Shown here piece after piece: positions 51,619 through 62,539 of a stretch of DNA of 64,000 nt. This DNA is from a virus. Lineage: Duplodnaviria; Heunggongvirae; Uroviricota; Caudoviricetes. The stretch lies in IMG/VR virus record IMGVR_UViG_3300001242_000012; one strand, given 5' to 3'. Numbering within the stretch: the first letter of the stretch is position 1; each line of letters starts with the position of its first letter. Under the pieces are notes generated by a model. The model was not told the origin of the DNA. It saw only the letters and a program-made list of their open reading frames with translations, and made no database searches. Both the position numbers and the translations under genes were made by a program.

Positions 51619-52971
51619 TTATACTCTTGCTGCTCTAGCAGCCTTGATAGTCAAGTAGTTGACTAAGCGCTTATGAGCATAGCCTAACATTTGCGCATAG
51701 ATCTGATGAGTCATACCAGCTCTCTTGAAGTAGTAGTCAACAACTTGCTCACCCTTGTCATCCAACATAGGGTTGCCGTCCTTGTCTTTCTTCTCTACTC
51801 TAGCATATATACCAGAGAGACGGACGTACATACGACCAAGCTCATCAGTCTCCTGAATTATGGCATAGTCTTCAGCATCACCTGCTACTCCACGAATGGA
51901 TAATATTACCTGATGACCATCACGTGTCATCCAGCCAACATTCTTGACGAGTGCTTCAGTTACACTCTTGAATTTCATGATGGGCTGATCACCAATGGTA
52001 ATAAATCCCAACTCCTCATTGATTTGTTCATCAGTCACCATACTCATATCGATCTGCTTAGGACCAACGAATAATGACCCACGCTCTAAGTACCACAATT
52101 TGTTCTTTAATGTAGCACCAGCACCCATAGTAGGTGTATAGTCACCATCAAATGCTCCAGCCTCATAATCAGCTGCAATCTCAGCAGTGTCAGGACGGCC
52201 AGTAGCACCAGCACTACTCAACATACCAGTAATGGACGGCCTACCAGCAGCACCAATGGTCGGACGAGTGGTAGCAGTGCTGTTACGTAAGGCAGCAAGT
52301 GCACTGGCCATGTTACCACCTTTAGCACTTATGGTCTTGTCGCTGATCTTAACATCAACGGTAGCAGTGGTGGTAGCGCCATTGGTAGCAGGTGCAGTAG
52401 CATCTTTGGTAGCACCTGTAAGTTGGTTGAGTTTGTTCTGGATGTTATTTGTCATAGCGTTAGTCATTGTGGATTCCCCCTTATTATTGTTGATTAATGC
52501 AGCCAATTTAGTTTGAGCCTCAGTTACTGAATTCATAGTAGTAGCCTCCTTAGTATTATTAACTTCAGTTAAACCGTGATGAGCTGCTAACTCTTCTGCA
52601 CGGTCAACCAACATATTAATTAACTCGCCCATTTCCCATTCACTATGGGCTAAGCGATAAGGGATTTCAACCAGCAATGAGTGGACAGGACCCTTAACCA
52701 TAGCCACTCTGAATCTAGCATCTAACGCGACATTCCCAGCATCACTGCTATAATAGGCATTACCACCATAGAGGAGCAAGAACAGACCAGGAGCCAATAT
52801 CTTAAGGGTATCATAACCCTTGAATAAATCATGCTGATTCATCTTAGTACCAGCACCCATGCACTTAGCAATAATCTCATCCATACTAGGCACGGGAACA
52901 ACCAGCTCAACATCAGTTACAGTGCTTTCGTTAATCATTTCAGGAAATTGTACAGTGTTTTTCTTAGTCAT
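51619..52971 (-). CDS. hypothetical protein with Ala/Thr/Gly-rich central low-complexity region (possible virion protein)
   Basis: Start chosen at MTKKNTVQF with a GAGGAGGT RBS. The low-complexity ATGATTTA... region is typical of decoration or scaffold-like proteins. Function unassigned. Confidence 0.5.
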   Translation of the reverse strand: MTKKNTVQFPEMINESTVTDVELVVPVPSMDEIIAKCMGAGTKMNQHDLFKGYDTLKILAPGLFLLLYGGNAYYSSDAGNVALDARFRVAMVKGPVHSLLVEIPYRLAHSEWEMGELINMLVDRAEELAAHHGLTEVNNTKEATTMNSVTEAQTKLAALINNNKGESTMTNAMTNNIQNKLNQLTGATKDATAPATNGATTTATVDVKISDKTISAKGGNMASALAALRNSTATTRPTIGAAGRPSITGMLSSAGATGRPDTAEIAADYEAGAFDGDYTPTMGAGATLKNKLWYLERGSLFVGPKQIDMSMVTDEQINEELGFITIGDQPIMKFKSVTEALVKNVGWMTRDGHQVILSIRGVAGDAEDYAIIQETDELGRMYVRLSGIYARVEKKDKDGNPMLDDKGEQVVDYYFKRAGMTHQIYAQMLGYAHKRLVNYLTIKAARAARV

Positions 52972-53089
52972 TTTAAATGACCTCCTCATATTATTTTGTA
53001 TTCAGTTGTCACAGCGCAGGGTACACCTATGGTTTCCCTGGCCCTTCCTTACCTCGCTCGCTACGCTCGCTCGGTAACGGCAAAATGGT

Positions 53090-53166
53090 AGGAGAAATGA
53101 ACAAAGGGAGGACTCACGTCCTCCCTGCCCCTCTCCTTATTAGCGGGGGCTTGCGCCCCCGCGCCC
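53090..53166 (-). terminator. tandem GC-rich GNRA-tetraloop hairpins followed by a U-tract, i.e. an intrinsic terminator after the 660-aa gene
   Basis: Minus strand reads GGGGCGCGGGGGC-GCAA-GCCCCCGC, then GGGAGGAC-GUGA-GUCCUCCC, then UUUGUUCAUUUCUCC. Confidence 0.5.
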
Positions 53167-53172
53167 CTGTGA

Positions 53173-55071
53173 TTAGCCACAAAGACTGGTGAATAGAGCA
53201 TACATCTTATCTCGAAAGACAGGATGCAGCTTTTCTACACACTCATAGACGGCCTCAACTCCTTTGTCTGGTAATATTGAGCCTTTCACAATATTGTCCG
53301 CAACTTGGACTAGGAAATCTCTAGCCTTAGTTGCATCATCCAATGCTATGGCGAGTTCCTTGTGGTGTGCAGCAGGCATATCCTCAACCATAGGTACTAA
53401 GTCAACGAGTAACTCATCAGTTGACTTAACAATATTAGAAAAGATATACTCAGAGAATATGCCGAGTACATCACTAATGAATTGCTCCCTCTCTCTACCT
53501 TGTATGTCATAAGGAGTAGGTTTAACGAAATTATTCTCAACTTTACTCTTGACAGTCTTCAAATCCCTGACTACCTCGAATAGCTCAGGTATAATCGTGA
53601 TGTATATACCATGCCCGGTATTAAACATCACACGTCCAGTGTATTCAGCATTGATTCCATGACCATCACCAGGAAGACCAATGCTCCATGACGGGATACT
53701 AGCACCCTTAGGAATGCGCTCAGTGAATGCAGCGATCTTATGTTCAATGTTCCATGAATCTCTATGCCATAAGCCAGGAATTCTACCACTAGGACCGCTA
53801 AACCTATAGTATGGGCAGCTTCCACCCATCTTGGTCCCAACATCGTAGAGTAAACCAGTCCAGTTCACAATCTTTCCACCATATGGATAACGGTATGTTG
53901 CACCTCCAACAGCACCATAACCATATATTGGTATGCGATTGCCGTATTCATCCAACTCGTATTCATATCTCTTTTCACCAGTGGTAGCATCAACTACCTC
54001 CAACCTCTTATGACCTATAATTGCATTGACATCCTCTTTATCTCTGAATGCCCACTCATTGCGGACATTCTCAGCATCCAGCATAGGATTAGTGAGTGTC
54101 ATGCAACACACACTACTGCTATTAGCATCCTTGCCTGTCCTCTTCTTATCTGATATTGTATAATCAGATAAGGATAAGAACATGTGCCCTTCATGATCAG
54201 GATACATGCGCTTGAAGTTCACGCATGTTACGCAACTCTGAACTTTTACACCACCATCAGGCCATACTCCAGGACTACCATCATGAATGGTATGTGTACC
54301 CTTAAACATATTGGCGATGGCAGTGAGGCAGGCATTCACCTCCTGGACTACTGGTGCACCTTTCCCGCAATAAGCTGGATCAAGCGCTTGGAATCTATTA
54401 GTGATCCATACGTCACTATAATATTTCCCATCGGTTTTAGACTTCCTAGTCGGGAAGCCACACATTACTGGGCCATCATCCCAACTCATGGCTTCTAATA
54501 CCCAAAGGCCAGTACCCTCGGATTTAATAAAACCTTCCTTCCTGCGTACAGGTACACAATTGAGTGTTGCGGCATCAATATCCTTTATCAACACCCAATC
54601 TTCCTTCTTACTACCAAAGCGGTAGAACATTCCAGTGGTAACAACTCCAGGAGGTAGTTGAACCAAGAGTCTACCATGTAGGTGTCCAGTTCCTCTCTCT
54701 CCAGTTTTCTTTCCCTCTGCATCACGCTTGTCAAACGTGAAGGAACGCATTGGCTTCGAGCCAAATCCCTCAGCATCAACTACTACTATTTCAGTAGTAA
54801 TTTCCTGGATCTTCTCCAGTGGGGTTTCACCAATATCAACTGATGAATATTTGACTGACACCTCCTTCTTAGTTGATACATCGGTACCAACGTGTTTACT
54901 ATGAGCGTCCTTCAGTAGAAGAATCACCGAATGGATCTGCGACAGGCGGTCATTCTTTTGTGCCTGTGTAAGATCGTCCCTGGACTTTAACTCTCTGGCT
55001 TCCAGGGATAAAGCTTTGATCTTCTCCTCAGCATTCTCTCTGCTGAGATTTGCTAATATGGTTTGTGTCAT
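53173..55071 (-). CDS. large hypothetical protein (about 630 aa)
   Basis: Start chosen at MTQTILANL with a GAAAGGAG RBS. Followed by a strong terminator, which suggests high expression. No motif recognised. Confidence 0.55.
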   Translation of the reverse strand: MTQTILANLSRENAEEKIKALSLEARELKSRDDLTQAQKNDRLSQIHSVILLLKDAHSKHVGTDVSTKKEVSVKYSSVDIGETPLEKIQEITTEIVVVDAEGFGSKPMRSFTFDKRDAEGKKTGERGTGHLHGRLLVQLPPGVVTTGMFYRFGSKKEDWVLIKDIDAATLNCVPVRRKEGFIKSEGTGLWVLEAMSWDDGPVMCGFPTRKSKTDGKYYSDVWITNRFQALDPAYCGKGAPVVQEVNACLTAIANMFKGTHTIHDGSPGVWPDGGVKVQSCVTCVNFKRMYPDHEGHMFLSLSDYTISDKKRTGKDANSSSVCCMTLTNPMLDAENVRNEWAFRDKEDVNAIIGHKRLEVVDATTGEKRYEYELDEYGNRIPIYGYGAVGGATYRYPYGGKIVNWTGLLYDVGTKMGGSCPYYRFSGPSGRIPGLWHRDSWNIEHKIAAFTERIPKGASIPSWSIGLPGDGHGINAEYTGRVMFNTGHGIYITIIPELFEVVRDLKTVKSKVENNFVKPTPYDIQGREREQFISDVLGIFSEYIFSNIVKSTDELLVDLVPMVEDMPAAHHKELAIALDDATKARDFLVQVADNIVKGSILPDKGVEAVYECVEKLHPVFRDKMYALFTSLCG

Positions 55072-55163
55072 GTGGACACACTCCTTTCGGCGGTTAGGTC
55101 GCCACCCAATATTAGTGCATAAGCACCAGAAAACCCAGGATGTTACTCCTGGGCTCAAGCTAC

Positions 55164-55685
55164 TTATATACGGTCAAGTAAGCTATCCAACCTTGACTTC
55201 TTTTTCTTGCGCTTAGACTTAGTTTCCTGCTCCTCTACAAGTGCTATGAAATCCTTCTTCAGGTTCTCATAGTTCTTCTTGAGGCGTTTAACCTCTGCAG
55301 CATCTGACCTTCTAGATGTGGTTGTCCTAGATTCACTCAATACATCAGCTATTGCGCTGAATACATTCTTAGTGGTTAATATAACATCATTGACAATCCT
55401 TCCATGAGAAGCACTAGTGGACTTAACTTCATAGCCATCCTCATACTTCTCTAAAGCCCATTCATAGGCTTCTATCTCTTCGAGAATGGACTCTTCTTCA
55501 TCCTCGTCATCAACATCTTCGAGTTCCTCGTTAAGGTCCTCAACGATCTCTGAGATGAGTTTCTTTGCCTTGCGCTTGTTATTCTTGTCGAATAACCTAA
55601 TGACCTCAAGTAGGGTCTCTGCCTGTAGTTCAGTGACTTTGCGCAATACTATACCGTTTGAACTAACAACTGTTAACTTTTTCAC
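55164..55685 (-). CDS. hypothetical acidic protein, paralog A
   Basis: Shares N-terminal (V)x(V)xxNGxxxxxVT(E/D)xQ and an acidic D/E run followed by E(E)LNAI(D/E)WA with 55765..56358. Confidence 0.5.
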   Translation of the reverse strand: MKKLTVVSSNGIVLRKVTELQAETLLEVIRLFDKNNKRKAKKLISEIVEDLNEELEDVDDEDEEESILEEIEAYEWALEKYEDGYEVKSTSASHGRIVNDVILTTKNVFSAIADVLSESRTTTSRRSDAAEVKRLKKNYENLKKDFIALVEEQETKSKRKKKKSRLDSLLDRI

Positions 55686-55764
55686 TGATATTCCTCCTAA
55701 TATATTTTAATTTCCCCTAGCACAAATGCATTTGGCATGCTAGGGGTTAATGCCGACTGATTAT

Positions 55765-56358
55765 CTAGCTATCAAATTCAGGTGTACCAGCTTCGATCTG
55801 CTGGAGTAATTTCTCAGTGCGTTTCTTATTATCTTTAACTGTAGCATTAGGTTTAACAGTAGGAGCAGTAAGATCCTCTAACTGTTTGGTTAATTCGGCA
55901 ATTTGTTTCTTAAGATCAGCACAGTGCTCATTAAGAGCATCACGCTGTTCTAGTAACTCTTCGGCAGCATCAAGGAGTTGTTCATTCTCATCCTTGACTT
56001 CTTCCAGTTCTTTCTCAAGTTCCTTGCACTTTGTACGGTAATCAACCGTGCATTTCAGGTTCTTTAATGCTGAACCAACAATGCCCTTCTTAACCTCATA
56101 ACCACGGGCACGTTTAGCCATGGCCCAATCGATGGCGTTGAGCTCTTCCTGTAATTGATCGATAGTATCCTCATCGTCTTCATCGTTGATATCGTCCTGA
56201 AGACCACGGGTCTGGCTATTGATCATGCGGACAGCCTTATGCTGTTCATTATCCTCGAATATCTTTGTGATAGTGAGGAACGCGACCTTCTGCACATCAG
56301 TCACATTCATTTCCTTGCCATTCTTATTCACGATTACTACGCCTTTAATGTTTTTCAT
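55765..56358 (-). CDS. hypothetical acidic coiled-coil protein, paralog B
   Basis: See 55164..55685. C-terminal coiled-coil LEKELEEVKDENEQLLDAAEELLEQRDALNEH. Confidence 0.5.
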   Translation of the reverse strand: MKNIKGVVIVNKNGKEMNVTDVQKVAFLTITKIFEDNEQHKAVRMINSQTRGLQDDINDEDDEDTIDQLQEELNAIDWAMAKRARGYEVKKGIVGSALKNLKCTVDYRTKCKELEKELEEVKDENEQLLDAAEELLEQRDALNEHCADLKKQIAELTKQLEDLTAPTVKPNATVKDNKKRTEKLLQQIEAGTPEFDS

Positions 56359-57038
56359 TATTAAATTCCTCCAATATAATTTTATGTCAGTCTTTCAACT
56401 GCATGTCGACCACTAGCTAGTTGATTAACCTGTTTCACCTCCTCCAGGTTAAAGCCCTCATATGAGGGCCAAGATTAATGCATTGCTAGTTTTCTCTTCT
56501 CCACTTCCTTCCTAGTAATTTTACTTGCATTCTTTGCTATAGTGGCGAGCACACGCAGAGGATCTCTTCCACTGGGATCAGCAACGTACTCGCTGATATA
56601 ACGTGATATCCTTAACAGCTCATCATCAATTTTATGCATACCCACGTCCTCCTAATTAATTATTTATCGACCATTATACATGGACTATAGCGCCATGAGC
56701 TGACCCAATTCACCTCCTATGGGCTAAATGTTGGTTATACGAAGATCAAGACGATGCGCGGGTACAAGTTATCGGGGCGCAGTAGAACGCCTACACCGCA
56801 GGCATTCGGTATTACGGTACTACTAGGTCTTGCAGTGTTATAATGTTGCTGTGAATATTGGAGCATGATTGTTAAAACCCCTTTTCTGACGATTAGTATG
56901 TTTAGACTGTGTATATTGAATGATGCTGTATTGCGGAAAGACTAGGCAACCCTCCTCCTGCTAAATACTTTTCTTGCCCACCCACCTTGTAGAGCATAGC
57001 TAACTCTACCCCATTTACCACAGAGGAACTATATACTA

Positions 57039-57431
57039 TTACCTACGACGTGTTCTTTTTGCCCTTGCAGCATCTTCAAGGGCAGAAGATGCTCTATTAG
57101 CCATTTTGCGCTTCATAGTGCCATTATCGTAGGTATAGTCATCACGTAGTTGTTTCAACTCATACGGATGAACACATTCCCTGCACCTTGATAACTTACC
57201 GAAAAACACGGAAGCTTTTGCTTTCTGTGGTGGTAAATTAACAGTGGTATGTGTCGGTCCTACACGAAGTCCATAGCGAATATCAACTACGTAACCTTCA
57301 ACTCTGTGGTATACGCAGGTACCGTATTCGTCTAAACCCCTGACTAATGAGAACACGGCACGCTCATGTTGACTTAAATGGGGATAATCTATTTTCTTAA
57401 CTCTGAGAATCTGCTCCGCTGTCTTCCGCAT
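57039..57431 (-). CDS. hypothetical basic protein
   Basis: 130-aa ORF. Confidence 0.4.
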   Translation of the reverse strand: MRKTAEQILRVKKIDYPHLSQHERAVFSLVRGLDEYGTCVYHRVEGYVVDIRYGLRVGPTHTTVNLPPQKAKASVFFGKLSRCRECVHPYELKQLRDDYTYDNGTMKRKMANRASSALEDAARAKRTRRR

Positions 57432-57951
57432 TGGAGTCTCTCCTTCCGTGTTTAAATAATATGAATGTTACTGCTCTCCTGACTGCCCTCACCATAAGTG
57501 GCATAATCTTTGGCACCACTATTATAGCTCGTAGTCTTCTGAGTGTCTTTTTCTGTCTATCCCGGTAAATAACAGCTGCTAATCGGGATAGTTGTTCAAT
57601 CTCTCTCTCGACAGTAGTCTCAAGCTGCAATGGATAGAGTAAAGGGAGTTCAAGTTCTCTACCCATCAGGATGTTAATTGTTTCCACTCTACGTATCTTG
57701 CTACTCAAGCAGTATGACACGGCTCTTACGTAGCACTTAACGTGGAAGTTCTCTACGTGATAATTACCGGAGATTAATCTCCCGGAGTAATCATCAACAC
57801 AAGCCGTTATTGCTTTAATCCTATATTCTAACTGATTGGTGAATGATATCAATTTTGTTTGTAACATATAAGCAATGTATATAGCTGCTATGATTGAAAT
57901 TATGATTGTCATGTGTGTTCCCCCCCATATTATGAATTTAATATTAAGCAA
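57397..57951 (-). CDS. membrane protein
   Basis: N-terminal TM helix TIIISIIAAIYIAYM. Confidence 0.4.
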   Translation of the reverse strand: MLNIKFIIWGGTHMTIIISIIAAIYIAYMLQTKLISFTNQLEYRIKAITACVDDYSGRLISGNYHVENFHVKCYVRAVSYCLSSKIRRVETINILMGRELELPLLYPLQLETTVEREIEQLSRLAAVIYRDRQKKTLRRLRAIIVVPKIMPLMVRAVRRAVTFILFKHGRRDSNAEDSGADSQS

Positions 57952-57960
57952 TTGGGGTTG

Positions 57961-58347
57961 TTACATTCCCATAGAACGCTCAAACTCTATGTCGTAGGGA
58001 GGGATATCTACCACAGGTATCCCGTTAAAGGTAGACAAGGCAGTAAGCCCTTCTATCCTATATTCCCTGGCCATTCTCTGGCCAAAACCTTTCCAAAACT
58101 CGACAGACTCTTTAAGCCTGTCTATCTGACTGACTTGGTTCCTGAGGGCAGCGACCTCTTGCTTATACGAAGCAATAATCTTTTCTGCTTCGCACAACAA
58201 TTCAGCGAACCTCCCAGCCTCATCAGCAGATGACTTATTAGCCCGCGATGATGCCAACTCAGCACCAATCATAACTGCTACTACGATAGCACCTAATGTG
58301 CTGATGCAACCGAGCGCGAAAAACAGGTTAGATACTAACATGTACAT
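57961..58347 (-). CDS. membrane protein
   Basis: N-terminal TM helix; 128 aa. Confidence 0.4.
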   Translation of the reverse strand: MYMLVSNLFFALGCISTLGAIVVAVMIGAELASSRANKSSADEAGRFAELLCEAEKIIASYKQEVAALRNQVSQIDRLKESVEFWKGFGQRMAREYRIEGLTALSTFNGIPVVDIPPYDIEFERSMGM

Positions 58348-58856
58348 CCCTCCATATCCTTCTTTAACTTATCCGCTAGCATGTAGCGGTCAATCAACCA
58401 CAGACGCTTTGCGAATAATTCCTTGCCTGTGGGGCCGACAGTTACTGGTTCCTGCACAGTGCCATTACATTGCATGGAATATACAGCAATGGCACGATCT
58501 AATGCGGAGAGCTCATCTCTGGTATTCAACCATACATAAGCTCTGAATCCAGACACCGAATGAATAATCAGAGTATCGTTATTCCCATTGCGGTACAAGC
58601 AAACGAGGATATCGTCATTCGATATCTCGACATACTTTGAGTCAGCGCTAATGATAATGCTAGCTCCGCAAGGGTCATAGGAGCTGGGCTGCACTATCTC
58701 AGCTTCTACTGGAGTTGCAATGGTCCTGTGTCTGTGTACACGAGGACCATTTGTTATCCAGTTATTTATGGCAGCATTAAACTGCTCTAATGCTGGATCT
58801 GGTCTCTTAAACAATGACTTTACTGCATTAATTGCCTTCATAATTAGACTCTTCAT
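58335..58856 (-). CDS. hypothetical protein
   Basis: 173-aa ORF. Confidence 0.4.
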   Translation of the reverse strand: MKSLIMKAINAVKSLFKRPDPALEQFNAAINNWITNGPRVHRHRTIATPVEAEIVQPSSYDPCGASIIISADSKYVEISNDDILVCLYRNGNNDTLIIHSVSGFRAYVWLNTRDELSALDRAIAVYSMQCNGTVQEPVTVGPTGKELFAKRLWLIDRYMLADKLKKDMEGCTC

Positions 58857-59346
58857 TCACATCTACCTCCTTCCATGATGTATAATAGTTATAACCCTGG
58901 CTATCGTATAAACCATAGATGCCAGACTCATATTGGACAAGAAATGAGCGCTTGGCAAAAGCGCGAACATCCACTATCTTGTCGTTAAAGAGACCGGGAT
59001 CTTCCTGCAACTTGAAGACGTTGCCATACCTGTCCTCAAGCCAGCCGCCATTGACAACACTGATGTCTCCTAGGAGACCATTGTGCCAGCCGTGTTTCAA
59101 GTCAGCGTATAACTGCTTGTCCCACAGCTTACGCGCATCTATGGTGACAGTTGATTTGAGCTGACTCTTGATCCACTTAACCTGGTCAGTGGTTAGGCCG
59201 TTGACCTGGTAACTAGGCGCAGGAATAGACGCGTACTCTACCACTTGCTGTGGACGTGCTTGCACAGCCTGATAGAAACTAGCGAACGAGATAAAGCACA
59301 GAACAACCAATGAAGCTATCATGGTGCACATTCCTGGACGTTTCAT
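58828..59346 (-). CDS. secreted hypothetical protein
   Basis: Signal-peptide-like MCTMIASLVVLCFISFASFYQAVQA. Confidence 0.4.
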   Translation of the reverse strand: MKRPGMCTMIASLVVLCFISFASFYQAVQARPQQVVEYASIPAPSYQVNGLTTDQVKWIKSQLKSTVTIDARKLWDKQLYADLKHGWHNGLLGDISVVNGGWLEDRYGNVFKLQEDPGLFNDKIVDVRAFAKRSFLVQYESGIYGLYDSQGYNYYTSWKEVDVNEESNYEGN

Positions 59347-59809
59347 GTTATCCCTCCTATAATATTTGCAGTATGTGGTTCACCACACCTGCTAATTTGT
59401 TTGCAGGACAATTCAGGACTCTGATAGTAATGCGATTAAGCTTGGCCTCATCAATATCTGTCTGATGTAAGCCAAACCGATACACAAACTTAATATCAGA
59501 TCTGAACTCCTCAACATCACATATACCGCAATTGAGCCTCCTGACTACGTCAAGAAGCTCCCTTCTTACTGAATCATTAAACACTAGACATCCTCCTCTA
59601 TTATTGTTTCGTCAACAATATTAGTAGGACAGTTGCTAGATGTCATGTGATTAATAGTCAGGACGGTTGTTGCAACTACTACGTAGATGATTCCCAGAAC
59701 AATTTCCATGTACTTTATCCACCTCCTTCTTCATAATCTGTTTGATGCTACCCACCTTTCCTGTGCATGAGCACAATAGAGCCCAGCGGGTATACTGGGC
59801 TCAATCTAC

Positions 59810-60349
59810 TCACTTTAACTTATTAGTTATATAGTGAATAGAATAGGACTGAGCATCGTGTTCACTCCACCGATTACCATACTCGATAAGTGATTCTCCG
59901 TTGAACCACATATCATGATAGAATATCTTACCAGTCACTAATTGTGCCCAATGACGTAGCTCATGAATAAGATTTTTTATAAGAAACATTTTATATACAC
60001 TTCTTGGTATCATTTCGCATAATGGTATTCTATATCTTTTACCATTAATGTATTTGAACTGGGATACCAATGGGAATAATGTAATACTAGCTGAACCTAA
60101 CGTATACTTATGATAATAGCCATCCATATGATATTGATAATATAGTTGGCCAGTTGTAATGCAGTGAGCAGACGCACTCACAAACATTCTGTCTTCTATT
60201 CCATCTGACTCGATGCCGAATTCGGCACATAAGTCAGCAATAATTGGTTCTGAATACTCGTCAATGATCTGCCTGCCCATGTCAAGCAGTTCATTCTCGG
60301 TAATCCAGAACCCAAGCTTGTGCAGTGCGCGAGGGATAATATATTTCAT
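59810..60349 (-). CDS. putative HExxH metallopeptidase-like protein
   Basis: LIHELRHWAQ motif. Weak. Confidence 0.3.
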   Translation of the reverse strand: MKYIIPRALHKLGFWITENELLDMGRQIIDEYSEPIIADLCAEFGIESDGIEDRMFVSASAHCITTGQLYYQYHMDGYYHKYTLGSASITLFPLVSQFKYINGKRYRIPLCEMIPRSVYKMFLIKNLIHELRHWAQLVTGKIFYHDMWFNGESLIEYGNRWSEHDAQSYSIHYITNKLK

Positions 60350-60610
60350 CGTTATCCCTCCAATTCAAGGAAGGCACGAACTATCTTGCGATAGCCTTTA
60401 CGAACCTTGCCTTGCTTTGTTAGTCTTTCAGGAGGAATATACATCTGTAAGCCATCAGGACGTGTGACAACCATACCACTGGGGGCGTTGTCCACAATAC
60501 TCAGGTTAGGACGCTTATTTCTGCGTCCATGAGTCTGCTTACAAGCACTACGAGCAGCAGACTTTACTTCACGCTGATGCTCAACATAAACATATAAACT
60601 ATCACGCATA

Positions 60611-60901
60611 CTATTCAGCCTCCTCTACTATTTTGATTTCCTGGTTCACTTCATTGAAGACACCAAGGATCTTGTCTAATGCAATCCCTGTCTTCTCAGC
60701 GAACATCTTAGCTAACCTTACTTGGTTCTTTGCTTCAGATAGAGTAGGTGCAATTGCCATAATTTCAACTAGATTGAATACTGCCATATTTCTCACCTCC
60801 TTACTAAGGGAATGCCCCTTTTCATATCCACAACAGTAGACATGAAGAAGGACACTCTTCGGAGTGTCCCTAGTTCTAGTCACCGTATAGTTCATCCTCA
60901 A
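60611..60901 (-). CDS. hypothetical protein
   Basis: 96-aa ORF. Confidence 0.35.
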   Translation of the reverse strand: MRMNYTVTRTRDTPKSVLLHVYCCGYEKGHSLSKEVRNMAVFNLVEIMAIAPTLSEAKNQVRLAKMFAEKTGIALDKILGVFNEVNQEIKIVEEAE

Positions 60902-62122
60902 TTACATTTAGGTACTAGGTGCAGGTACTCATTCTTGTCTACATCCGGTACCTCGATGAACGGAGAAGAGCTTTCAACCTCAGGCATTACGATGATGTCT
61001 GTTCTTAAAGTGATGATACCAATAGGTGCATCTACAATAAGAGCGTTTCCAATTGTGATAGCCTTCCTAGTTCCTACTAATCCAAATTTCATAACACATT
61101 CTCCTTCCGCGTATCATGCTCGCCAGCTAATAGTAACTCATATGAGCCCTACTATACCTACTACTATGAATAGATATAGTAGAGCGCATATAGCGCCCTA
61201 CTTGGTTAACTTTTTCATTGCCTCCATGAACTTACGGTAGTCACCTACCTTCATCGCTAGGTAGGCTTGATCTACCTTTCTTCTCTTTTCTCTTTCCATC
61301 ATCCTGGCAGCTAACTTTGTTTCTTCTACGTTCCATTTCATTGTACATACCTCCTTAATTAGTAGTCTAATAGACTCCATAGCGTGCACCGCTATATAAG
61401 CCAGTGCACACAAGCAATCTACTATACTGCCTTAGCGGATAAGGCCCATCTATACATGTCAAGGCATAACGCCTCAGCCATATATCTATTTCTTGCTCTT
61501 ACCCTCTCCAGGAACTCGAATTCTTCATTGTTCTCGTTCCTAGCCTTAACCCATACCCAGTACATTGTCATTGCGCATTCTCCTTTATCCATGCCTTCCC
61601 ATACAGGGTAAGGTCTTACAGGTAGGGCATATAGACCCTATACTACATACACATATATGCACTATAGAGCCCATATGCATACATAGAAGTACTTATACAC
61701 ATATGTATGCATACATATATACTATCTACTTATATACTGTATACCTACTACAGTATAGATGTCACACATGATGCTGACGTACATCATGCTAGCAGTGAGT
61801 CTTGTGTGCTCTATGTTATCTACTACATATGTGACTATATACATGTAGCCACCTCCTCTACATAAGTATAGCCCTGTACATACACTGTGCGCATACATAC
61901 AGGGCTACTATGGGTACACCTACAGTACTATATCTACTATAGATATATACTTATACATAATACTCATGAGTACATACATGTAGTAGTGCACTACACTGTA
62001 CTCATACTCATTACACGTAATCTCATACTCATGTTCTATCATATATACCACATCCTCTCTAGTCTGTCTCATCAGTACATAGAGGCTACCTATGTATACA
62101 TGGGCATACACCCATGTTTCGA

Positions 62123-62419
62123 CTATTGTACATTCCAGAAGTACTTAATGTTCTGTCTATACACATCAAGTACATCGGCTAGTACATGCTCACCATTATC
62201 ATGTAGTAGTTGTATCTGTTCTACTGTTACCCATATGTCTCTACCTTTGTAATACACAAGAGTAGGTTGATTTAAGGCTACAGTTACAGTACTACCATTA
62301 ATAGTTGCTAATCTCATTATACATTCTCCTTCATCCATGCCTGCCATCTGGTCAGGTCTTACAGGTATATATTGATGGGGGTGGGTAAAACACGAAAGTT
62401 GATATTCCATCATATACAT
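62123..62419 (-). CDS. hypothetical protein
   Basis: 98-aa ORF at the edge of the low-complexity junction. Its non-repetitive composition suggests it is real. Confidence 0.35.
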   Translation of the reverse strand: MYMMEYQLSCFTHPHQYIPVRPDQMAGMDEGECIMRLATINGSTVTVALNQPTLVYYKGRDIWVTVEQIQLLHDNGEHVLADVLDVYRQNIKYFWNVQ

Positions 62420-62539
62420 AATACCCTAGTATAAAATAATTCAAGTTTTAGACCCTAGTATAAAATAATTTCACTCTACATGAAATTCCCATGTGTAAAT
62501 TACTCCAAAATGTAGGTATTAGTAGTATGAGGTGATAAT

